A stretch of DNA of 64,000 nt from Marsupella aquatica (taxonomy: Eukaryota; Plantae; Marchantiophyta). Of the stretch, positions 46,869 to 57,730 are shown piece by piece. Location: positions 1 through 64,000 of the forward strand of contig CCZZQB010000054.1 of assembly GCA_973895155.1 (NCBI GenBank). Reading direction: 5' to 3'. Position 1 is the stretch's first letter; the number at the start of each line of letters is the position of its first letter. The notes beneath the pieces are model-generated. The model was not told where the DNA came from and did not search any database. It saw only the letters and a program-made list of their open reading frames with translations. A program made the translations under genes and the position numbers.

Positions 46869-49800
46869 TTACTCGTCTGATTCTTCGCTCTTCTCCGAAG
46901 AATCTTCCTCCTGTGTTTTCTCTGTGTCATCTCCGACGTCTCCAGAGGTACCTTCCTCTTCGTCATAATCAAAATTGAGAACAGATCGGAGCCTATCTTT
47001 CTTTTTGCAACCACTTAAATTGGTCGGAACATGCCTGGGATCAAGAAGTTCTAAGAAAACCCTTGATGCGGTCTCAACAAACTCACGCCTATTTTCCAAC
47101 CCAATCACAAAATGACCAGAAAAATCACCAGCAATGAATGTGCTTCCTGAACCTACAGTCCAGTCAAGGACAATATCTCCAGGAAGAGTAAAAAGCTCTA
47201 TCACTGACTGCATAAAACCAACCGAAAGACAGGCGTTCCCAACAAAATCCAACTCCGGGCAATGATCTGTCTTCAAGGTTTGGAGCCCAATCAAGTTAGA
47301 GATCGAAGGATCTTCACTTATTGATAGAGGCTTAAACCTTCGATCCTTTGGTACCTTTCCTTTTGAAGAAGTTCGACAAAATATGTCTAGCCTAAGGGTA
47401 AATACCTGCACGCATCACACACGTTTGGCTCAAATTATCAACCGATGGGTAATGTTCGAGAACTACAGCAAAGACTAAATTAGCACCGGGCGCTGTCATG
47501 AGGTTTCCATCCTAAAGGAGGAATCCTCATATTTTGTGAAGGAAGTTGAAACCTATTTTACTTCTAACTTGGGCAAGTTGACTTGACTTGAGCTAACTTG
47601 ACCAAGGTGAAGGAGGAAGTAGAGTTATGAGGGTCAAGGTAGGGATGAGGTCAAGCCTACCCACCCTTGTTACTATTGTGGGGTATGTTTTTCATTTGTG
47701 ACCAGCGATTAAGTTATCATTTGGCGGATTGGCGGAATGGAGGTTGCTTGCTCAACAAGCAAGGTATTTAGGGTTTTGGCAACATGGTGACCAGGTTCAT
47801 TGAATACATGGAGGAGGTGACCAGGTTCAAGGCATGTAAGAGGGTTTGGTCCAAGTGCATCAGTTTTGTGAGATTTGGACCAGATTCAGATTTTTGTGTT
47901 AAATGGACCAGATTCAATGTATCTACTTCAACGGTGGATCTTGGTTTTGGTTAATGGATGGTTTGGATTGAAGGTGGAGATGTGAGTTAGGGCTTGGTGG
48001 AGGTCGTGGCTTTTTCAAAAATGTCGAAGCTCATTTGGTTTACAAGTTACTAAGGAGGGGTTTTTTGGCTCATTTTTGGCCGTTTGATCTAATTGGTGTG
48101 AGATTGAGGGCTGTGATTCAACGAGGATTAAAACCATAAGTGGAGGGGCTTGTGGGTGCTCTGGGCCTTCCCACGTGGGTACTAAAGGAGGAAGTTCGAG
48201 TGGCCAAGAGTTCGGAGGTTAGATGCTGCTGAAGTGCTGCCGTTTTGCCATTTTGGAGTGTTAAGTCCCATTTTTAGTTGTAGGAGCGAACCTCTTGAGG
48301 GGAGCTCGAGCATGAGGCATGAGTGAAGGGGGAGCCCTCCTCCTTGGCCATGGCCTTAGGATTTTGAGGGTAGGAGATGTAGAGGCAATTTTGTGAAGAG
48401 ATAGATGGAGTAGAAGCTTTGAATGTGAAGAGATTGAGTTTTGTGACGGTTTTTCTAGGGATTTGGAGAGAGGTTTCGAATGTAGGAGAGGCTGACTCGA
48501 AGCCTTAGGAAGGAGGTAGGATGTGAGTAGGAAGTATAAGGGGCTTGCATGAGAGATTGCCCACAAGAAGGCATACTCGAAGTAGGTTTGTTGCTTCAAG
48601 TTTTGAGGAGAATGGACTTGTAGGAGATTTTCGAAAGCTTAGAGGAGATGAGACCTAATCTTGTTGAAGCTTGGGAGTCTTGCATTAGAGATGGCTCACT
48701 AAGAAGGCCTACTCTCTTGTAAACTCCTTGACTTGAAGCTTCGAAAGTAGATTTGGTTGATAGAAGGAAGTATGAGAGAAGGAGACTAGGGTTTTGAAGC
48801 TTGGATAGGCTATGGAGGGATTTTGAATGCTTGGTTGATGATTAGACTTGGTGATGATTCATTTTTTCTAGGAGGGTCTTGCTTGTGACCCATGTTTTTA
48901 CTTGGAGACCATGATGCTACATGTGCCTTCTTGCTATGCATTTAGAGGAGAGGTATCCTCGTTTTTGAGATGTGTGTTGATGCCTTGCTTTGGCTATGAG
49001 TGATGGAATGGTTAGAATGAATGTCTTCATGCCATTTTCGAATGTTGTTGTGAGCTTGAAGGTGTTTTTGAAAGTAGATGGGTTGGATGAAGGTACTTTC
49101 AAAAGTAGTTATTATGCATGAGGGAAGTTGCAAGAGTAAAGAGTGAAGGCATTTTTGATTGATGGAATGGGTTGTTTGTGGATTGTACTTGGTGGTTCTA
49201 CTAGAGGAAGGGACTAAGGTCAATTCCATGTTTGTTAAGGAGTTTGTTGACCAACCCTAGGTCATTTTTCGAAAGTAGTTTTCCATGTTTCAACAGTTGG
49301 ATGTTTGAATGGTGCATAGAGATCCCTTGCATACCTTTGGATGTCCCACTTGTCTTAGCCACAACCAAGAGTGACCCGTAACTTGACCACATTGATGTAA
49401 GCTTGAACTTGTGTACCTTAGAGGGTTGCAAGGGATTGTGTGCAATCAAGTGTTGGAAAAGGAATGGTGACCAATTGAATGTTGGGCTTAGACTTGTGAG
49501 GATTACATTGGGAAGCTTGAACTAGTTATTTTGATTGTGATTGGATATGAGTATGTAAATGGCTTGAGTTTCGAAAGCATGCTTGCTTGCTTGTGATGAT
49601 GTGGATGAAAGGTTAGGGTAGATACTTTGTCTTGTTTGCAACCGTTTCCTATCTCTCAAGCAGCCATACACCCTGCGTGTCCCTTGAGGCCCTTTCCCAC
49701 CTCTTTGCTTATCCTCAGGACAGCGCTAACAATAAACAAGAGATGCAACGATCTATACCTGAATATTGGTGTTTGCTCTGTACATGGGCATAGACATGAT

Positions 49801-52785
49801 GACATTGTGAGAATTGACACAATGGAACTTTTTTGACTGCTGGCATGCTGAAATGACCTGCGAGACCTGGTCATGGTCATCTAAATACAAGATTGCAAGC
49901 ATGCCATCATCAGAAAGGAAAGGGTCCATCGCTTTGAAGAAAGAACTGGGAACTGTGTGGTCTGGTACATTCCACTTTGGAACCCGACGGTCCATGAGCG
50001 TAGGTTTAAGTCCAGTAGGAAGATAGATGAATCCTGCATTGACACCAAACGATCTTTCTTTTCCTCCTCTGATTACTCCCTTTACTCGGGAACCCGACTT
50101 GATTAAGTCCCGTCCCCATTTCTCTGCATCAGTCATCCAATCTGGTTTCGCTGCTTTGTTGAAAGCAGTATCAATAAATTCTTGGATACTTGTTTCCACC
50201 ATGCAATGCCTAGAAGATTTGCTCTTGAAGGTTCCCACATCTCTCTGAACACCAGTTCCAGCGGCATCATCTGGGGAAAATTCTCCAGCTTGAATTGCCC
50301 TTTTCTTCTTCTTCTTTGTATTGGTTGCATCAAGAGGGACGATCTCTTTCGCTTTGTCAATTGGAGTTACTGGGTCTGACTGGGCACCGGTATTGGCTTC
50401 GGAAGGCTCCAGAGTGGCATCTACTTTTGTTTCATTGGTTGCAGCATCAGACTTTCTCCCACCTAAAGGAAAAAGAGTAGAATTTATTCAATGCTAAATA
50501 ATAGCACCAGTCGCTGTCCAAACCAATTGAAAAAACAAACCAATAGACATAGTCATATAGCAGCGCTTGGCGCTAACCAAAATGTGAAGCTACAAGCTGA
50601 ATGACAACTTAAGTTTTTTGGCGGACCGCGTTGAGGTACTCGGTGCCGCAGCTTTGGTTTTTGCTTTGGCTCTGGGTTTACGACTTCGATCAACATGAAC
50701 AACCGTAGTTTTGCACACCGATTGCAATTCTGCCGCCGACTTGCTCACATCACCTTTGATTCCTGCTTCATGTCGGACACAAACTTGGGAGGGACCTGAG
50801 ACTTTGAAAGCTTATGAAATGCGTCTTTCTCAATGTCTCTAAATGGAGAGTCCCATCTATCGGTGTCCAAATACCAAGGACAATGAATTCTCTCCCATTC
50901 TGACAGTTTCCTTGGTGGAAGACACCCTTCAGCGGGATACATTGAATACACATCGGCCAGTATGTCTCCTTCGGGAACAACGATCCACTTTTGGAAAGCA
51001 GCAGGGTATGCCCAAAAGTAATTTGGCTTCACAATCTCCATATGCATGAAGAAATGGTACAGGTATCATTTGGCCCTCTTCTGATTCTTGAGGGTGTAGT
51101 CAGCCTTGTCGGGATACTTGGAAGGCCACATTGTATTAAAAAACTTGCCTTTCACAGCGTCCCCAAATTTCTTGAAGTCATTTGAGACTATTTCAATAAG
51201 CGATTCAATCGACTCACACTCCCACTCCTGCAACCGATTGGCGTGGACTATATCATTGACCTGGCGTAGGGAGGTTTGTAGCAAACCAATAGCGATTCCC
51301 TCCACAGTGTTCCAAGTTTTCTAGGTATGGCACCGTTGCTTCACTGGATCGTCATTAACGCTCTGTGGATGGAAGAATTGTTTCCTCAGCTCCGGTGTAC
51401 AATGGGCAACCAGAAGGGTACTCCTCAGCTTGGGGTCGAGGGCAAAGACAGCGGTAACCAATCTTGCTCGATCCATTGTACAGACAATTGCATCCGGATT
51501 CTTCTCTCTCTTATTCTTCTCTGTGAGGGGGTACATCTCAGCACATGTCCGCATGAAATCCTCAAAAGTGGGGCTTAACAGAGGAGTGATTTTTGACACC
51601 TTTATCGCCCAATCCTTTGTTGCCTCCATCATCGCTGCATGTCTTTTTGAAATCTCTGCGGGAGACCAAGGTGTACCCTGAGCGGCAGCATGTTCCAGAT
51701 CCATCTTAAACTGTCTAGAATTAGACTTGATCTTATTCTCACACAAGATGTACAGAAGCGCTTCTTGAGGCATTTTTTTCGTATACCACGATCCCTTCCG
51801 TGTTTTCTGCATGATCTACCCAAACTTCTTGAAGTTTGCAGCGTCAATGATAGACTTGTAGTAATTCAGTTCATTCGAGAGAATTTGGTTGATACGGTCT
51901 GCATCAAGTATCCAAGAGAGTTCGACCACTACCTGCCCAAGCCTGAAAACGAGAGAGGGAGTCAGTAGCGCCCGACGCTAGTGAAACACTATGATCATAG
52001 ATTAGAATAGAAATATATTGGAAGAGACACTTATTGGTTAACAGTGTGCATTGCCGCCTCAATCTCGATCAAGGACCCCTTTTCTCCCTTGAATATTGTG
52101 CACTGGACACGAGGATGGTATTTCATATCATCTGGATTCTCCTTTGTGACGATGGACCATGCGTAGAGTTGATGGTTTCCATCAAACACAAAAAACATCT
52201 TATCCTACAGGACGCAGAAGTCAGGGTTGGCAGCGCATTCCGCCTCAAACTTTTCGTTCTCTGCGACCCAAATTGCATCCAGGAAGCACGAATCTCTGGC
52301 GTGCAGATCTGGACTTCTCCATTGGAATCTGTTGGTTGGACGTAAAACAGCATGCCGATCTTAGGATTGTATCTTGTGCTCTGAAAGGAGTCTTTCAGCT
52401 TCTCTATCGAAGGGCTTCCCTTCTGTAATGTCCGTACTACTTCCATATGAAGTAGTCGGCACATTGGAATCCTTGGCGGATCCTTGTCATGTCCTCGGAA
52501 ATCTTTTCCAAATGACATAATGTGTTTGGAGATCACATCGTAAACAGTCAGCAACGTCTCTCCAAAGACCTCCATAGCAAACGAATTAGAATCATCCATC
52601 TTCCCTCTCTTGCTATTCGGGAACAATACAGCGGGTTGTGCTTCAGGGGCTCGCGAAGCAGTGGATCAAGTCACTCGACGACTATACACAGATCCTGAAA
52701 ATGAGCACTCAGATGTTTGCGAGGGGACGACCTCTCTGTGTCGGTTTCCACTAAAGCATTGAGAGGAGGATAAGGCAGGGTCCAT
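46869..52785 (-). pseudogene. Spliced gene: ParB/Sulfiredoxin-like domain fused to a beta-class N6A/N4C DNA methyltransferase-like domain
   Basis: FDGNHQLYAW (52157-52183); GFIYLPTG..KWN..FFKAMDPFLSDDGMLAIL (~49890-50035); IELFTLPGDIVLDWTVGSGSTFIAG..VIGLE (~47095-47200); phase-0 intron 49758-47406 joins NTNIQ/VFTLRL in frame; several stops and frameshifts. Confidence 0.75.
47494..49722. mobile_element. Solo LTR of family G (2,229 bp) inside the last intron of the methyltransferase gene
   Basis: Termini TGTCATGAGG and CCTCAGGACA (9/10 inverted match); 4-bp TSD GCGC; removal restores a 120-nt intron and an intact palindrome. Confidence 0.85.
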
Positions 52786-53410
52786 TGCTCGCACAAGGGC
52801 GAAGGAAGCACTGACGACCACCGCGCTCTTTCCGTACTGCAAACGGAAAAAACCCGTCACACAGCTTCGATCGTACTGTACTTAACATGGGAAATAAGAA
52901 GAATCTAGAGCACAGAGCATGACATATACGCTAAGGAAACTGAACTCCTAGCCTGGATCTATGACACATGTCGTTATCTTATTTGACAACACATAAGGGG
53001 ATCAATGTATTGAGGGTCATGCAACCTATAGTTACCGTTGAATATGACCGTTGAAAGGAAAACCTGACGTTAGATGGACCCCAACCTTTTGGATTGTTAT
53101 GAATAGCGCCAGGCGCTAAACATAAATTGACTTTGCATGGACCTCTACTTTTGCAATGTTTTTAATAGCGCTTGGCGCTATTCATCATCTGATATTTCTA
53201 GAACAAAAGGGTTCTTCCTAAATAACGTTTTTTGTTAATGTCGTTGATTGTAAATGACGTTGATATAATGACAAAATACATATATGGTGTTAGAGGATTG
53301 TCTTATTATAATGGCTTTAGGGAACTGTTAGTCAGGATCGATAACAGTCCTCGTCGGTGGAATTTTGATTCATAATTTTCCTACACTCATTCGCTTCCAA
53401 GGCTTCTGTG

Positions 53411-56400
53411 ATGTCTCAGTCAATCGTAGTTACCCGTATGTCCACCGGTGACATTGTTTCCATTCCAGTGTCTGTGGCCGAAAGGTACAGGCAAATAAGT
53501 GAGGTTTATCTTTGTGGAAGGTTTGATTTGCGCATGAATGACATAAAGGCAATCGTTCAGGAGGGAACGGAAGCCAATGACTTTGAATCTATCGCACTTT
53601 TTGATGTCGATGACGGGGTGAGATTTTGGCACCTTAATGTTGGGTTGCGCTACTCCATTGTTGTTCGGGAACCAAATCAAGGAGATTGGCAATCCCCTCA
53701 GAGGGATCCGGTGGATGTAGTTGCTCTTTCCGATAGTGATGATGAGGAGCCACCAAGGATCCCCTTCGTGGAGCCTTCGGCGCCTGAAGTGGTCTTGGTC
53801 AAAGAGGAGATGCCATCGTCGCAATCCCATATTGTATACCGGAGAAGTGCAATGGACGCGCTGCTCAAGTCAACTGGGTCCAACAAACTTTCAAGGTTCA
53901 TTTCGGCTGGAAACTTCCGGCATGAACAAGTACCTTGTTTGCCACCGAAGTACAATGGAAATGTAGTGTTTGAGTTGCCTCCATTGTCGGGAATTCTTTC
54001 AAAAGGATCCCGTCTACAGGACATGGACCAAACCAAGGATTGCTACATCTGGACTAGAATATTTCCTACCACTACAAACGTGCAGCCCAAGAAATACTGG
54101 GAATTCGGTAAAGTCACTTGTACTGGATTTATTGAGTGCAGGAATAAAACTTGTGACTACTTCCGCCGAAGAAGAGGAGGAATGCAAAGGCATGGGCTGG
54201 TACCCCAAAACTTGGAGGCTCTCACCGTGTTGGATCGTTCATTGAGCAGGGTGGAGTTGTTTGTCATTATTGCCAGCAGCTCCCTTTTTGTGTAGAGGCA
54301 TGCTCTGCAAGACTGTTTTATATGTATCCTCAAGTTCTGCTTGACTCAAATACCTGTAGTCACATGTCTTGCCTTGCGATTCATACGGGCACCCACAACC
54401 ATCCTTGTCGTAAGGTATTTTCCCGGAGTGCGGAAAAGGTAGTTGAAGATGTCATAAAAAAGAAATTGGAAGGCAATCCAACTTGGACGCCTGCCAGGAT
54501 TAAAAATGTAGCGACAGGATCTTTTGTACAGTCTTTGTGTGAGAGCCTAGGTGAGATTGAAGATATCGAAGAGACAGAGATTTTCCAGTCTCTAATGGTA
54601 GTTTCTACTCCACAGAAGTTTGCATCTCTTTTCAGGAGTGTTAGGCAGGACCAGAAAGGCCGTGGAGAGTTGGATTTTCTTGTTCGGTATCAAAAGAATA
54701 TCAACATGCCTTTTCTACACAGGTACATCCTTCCAGGTCAAGGATCTCAAGAAGACAAACCTCACATATTTAAGATGACTTCCAAAGGCCATGGGTCTGG
54801 GGTGGATCTTTTGCGGCAAATGCAACCTGGAGGGATGCTTGAAGGTGCCTGGGTAAGCTTCGATGTCATGAAATGAATGACCAAGGATTGGGTGACTTTT
54901 AGCGCACACGTTTACGATCACAATTACCGCGCATTGTGTACAATATTTACTTGCGAGCTAAAAGCTGAGGACACGGCGTCATTCGAGAAGGCTTGGAGAT
55001 TAATGATTGAGGTTTCCAAAGAGAATGGGTTAGATAATCCAACCATTCATGGCTTCATGGCAGACAATGCCCAAGCCGGATGGTTAGCAGTCCGAAATGT
55101 TTTTTTTGGAGGGCACCCAAACCCTGAACGAGAGAGGACGGACGCTTTTCATTTTTACCAAGCTTTTCATCGCCATTCTGTTGAAGGAGTGTTGGAAGAG
55201 AAGCAGGCGAAACATCAAATGCTATGGGATAAATTACGGAATGCACCGACATTTGTAGAGGCTTACCGACTTTCAAGAGAGATTGACCTATGGTGGTAGT
55301 CGGGTAATTGCTTACTTGGAAAGAAGTGTTTACAAAAGATAGCAAACAGGAAACAGGATTTAATAACAAAAACTGGTAACAAGAAAAAAAACTAGTAACA
55401 GGAAAATGGATGGAAATTTTTTTTGAATTTTTTTTTGAATTTTTTTTTTGAAAATTTTTTTTTTGAGAAAAAAAAAGTTTTTTTTTTGGTCAACCAGTTT
55501 TTTTTGCTACAGCCCAAAGCTAGCCAAAAATGTTGCATTGTTAATTTTTTTTGGAAATAACATGTTTTATGAGACATTTTTAAATTGTCATTTTTCCTGG
55601 TAACAGTGATTTTTTCTTGGTAACAGCATTTTAAAAACAGGAAAAAAAAATCTTGTTTACCTGTTTCTTGTCTTCGTCGCTATACCCCCTGGAAAGCTCC
55701 GAATGCTTCAAAGTTGGATATCGTGGTGGGTCGTGCGTTGGAGGCAGTGGGGAAATTTTATTCGCTTGGTGAGTAATAGCGCTTGGCGCTAGTAATATGC
55801 AAGTCAGATTGCTTTGTAGAAGTACATTTTTCAGATGACATTCCTCAACATTCCATCCAAAGAATCCAAATAATGTAATTGATTCTCAAATATTGACCTA
55901 TTTATTTTCATAAACATGTGATTACACAATAATATTGATGGTTTTGTCTAAATGTTCTGCCTAGCGCCTGGCGCTAGTATGTTTTGCGGATTCTTACCAG
56001 TGTTTATGCTTTGTCGTTCTAGGACAAAAGTGCTGAAGAAGGCGCTAGGATTCCTAACTATACCGGGTCAGAGTCTGTTCATGCGGGAATGAAAGCATGG
56101 GTAATGAAAAAAAAAGTTGGGCTCTTTGAGGCATGTGAAATGGATCAGAATCGAGCTATATCGCAGGTTGCAGCATATACCACATATCGGAAAGGATTGA
56201 GTAGAGGAAGAGGTCCTACAATATGGGAACTGGCTTTCCGTTCAGCTGACCAGGCAGGTTCCCCAGAGCTGTTCGAGGATGCGATGAACATGCTCCTCTC
56301 CAATGCAGCTGAGTTTGACTTGGAGAGAAGCGTTCCTCTCAACGGAGATGTTACAAAGTCTGTCAAGAGGAAAGGACCTGCAACTGGGATTGTCTCGCCA

Positions 56401-57546
56401 CAAGACTCCCACCGACATGATAAAGTCCTTATCACATCGCCGAATACCAGATCAATCAAGCGTAAAAATCTGCACCACACAATGTTTGCTTCCATATCGG
56501 AAGAAAAACCTGATGACATTTCCGTTGTCAATCTCTCAGGAAGTGATGATTCGAGGGATGTAGATCGTGATGATTTCAGTACACCGCAGAGTCGACATCA
56601 ATCACGTTCAACACAATACCCACAAAGCGCCCCCGCTGTACTTCAGCAGACATTGCTCCAATCTCCAGTTCTTGAAACAGAATTCATGCAGGGTTCATGG
56701 CATCTGTGTCAGACATCAAGATTTGGGGCCGGTCCACAGTGCAACACGTCATTTGGCGGTAGTTCCGAGAGAGACGAGGGTCGAAATAGAGTGAAGAAAG
56801 TTGGGTTCCCCTCATCAAACAATGTCATTGGAATTGTTGTCAAAGGACAATGCATGTTCAGGGGGGAACCCATAGCCAAAATGATATGGTTCTGCCCAAA
56901 CAACACATGCTATCGGGGCCGTCCCCGCCGTGGTGTAGTGAACCTGCCCTCCGTTCCTGATGTTCTTCCTGTTATAAAAGGAACAAATGTTTCGGAAGCT
57001 GAGATGAAGTATCTTGTTGACCAGGGAATACCTATAGCCCGAGGAAGAGACGGTCCTCTACCTCCACCATCACTTTTCGAGCTTTGAATCAATGTAAACT
57101 TATTTCCAGAGAGAGTGAATCTTTTGGAACCCACTGTTCGTCTCCAAAGTCGGAATGGAAAGAACACGGTTCCTCGATCGACCTTGACCCATGGTCACAT
57201 GAAGAGGATTGAATCTGCAAGAAAAGAGACCATGTCCGTCTAGGGACAATGGGATGTTTCTATTGGGAACTCATGGGGGAAGCAATTCAAAGTACAAACA
57301 CATGAGAATCTAAGGACGCCGAATAGTTACTTTGTGCAGATTTGTATTTTCCCGACTTGTTCTTGTGAGGATTTCTATCGTCGACATTCTCGCAGACATC
57401 CATATATGCCTTGCAAACATTTGTACTGGGTTTTCCATACCGTTTTCAAACTAGACGTTGAGGAATCTACTTTGACCAGCCAACCAATTCTCACAGTTGG
57501 AGAAGTCCGACTGATCTTGGAGAGGGAGAATGCTCATGGTTTATAG
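53411..57546 (+). pseudogene. MULE-type DDE transposase with GCM-like Zn domain and C-terminal SWIM finger
   Basis: CTGFIECRNKTC..CHYC..CVEACSAR..HTGTHNHP; WVSFD (D1), FMADNAQAG (D2), AFHFYQ (CxxH position), PNYTGSESVH (E); CSCEDF..PCKHLYW; GT-AG intron ~55769-56023; stops and frameshifts. Confidence 0.8.
55324..55687. mobile_element. AT-rich MITE-like insertion in the transposase
   Basis: Flanked by CTTGGAAAG and CCTGGAAAG (9 bp, 1 mismatch); removal restores ..NCLPGKLRMLQSW..; its 5' ~90 bp recurs at ~45672-45760. Confidence 0.6.
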
Positions 57547-57730
57547 AGAAGTATATATTTGTCCTATACTTGAAACGGTTATATTAGTTTTTGTCGTATT
57601 ACAACGATATAGTTTTATGTTAGCGCCTGGCGCTAGGATGGAAGTCTTCCTTATTATCATTTACTTCATTGTAATCCTATCACTACAAATGATATTTTAA
57701 ATTTGTGTTTCCTGTTAGAATATATTTAAC

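Larger units (their letters stand above)
43769..57635. repeat. Dispersed 15-bp palindrome TAGCGCC(W)GGCGCTA, ~20 copies
   Basis: At 43769, 43833, 43936, 44088, 44150, 45294, 45787, 45906, 46039, 46255, 46354, 47481, 50502, 50561, 51966, 53104, 53166, 55777, 55962 and 57621. Confidence 0.9.
45760..57730. mobile_element. Mutator-like element copy 2 (~12 kb): ParB-methyltransferase gene (minus) head-to-head with transposase (plus)
   Basis: Gene content plus dispersed palindromes; TIRs and TSD not identified, so both ends are approximate. Confidence 0.75.

Noticed and set aside
46463-47014. 183-aa ORF overlapping the methyltransferase last exon
   Set aside because: Alternate frame over an acidic tail and 3' region; no motif; the overlapping frame has the clear MTase signature.
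49656-49880. Frameshifted continuation of the MTase exon
   Set aside because: Better explained by splicing at the GT donor 49758; the ORF runs into solo LTR G.
46869-52785. Bacterial contamination as the source of the ParB-MTase gene
   Set aside because: The gene has GT-AG introns, a plant LTR insertion and a eukaryotic transposase partner.
55400-55510. Long A/T homopolymer runs as telomeric or functional repeat
   Set aside because: Low-complexity interior of the MITE-like insertion; run lengths are also error-prone.
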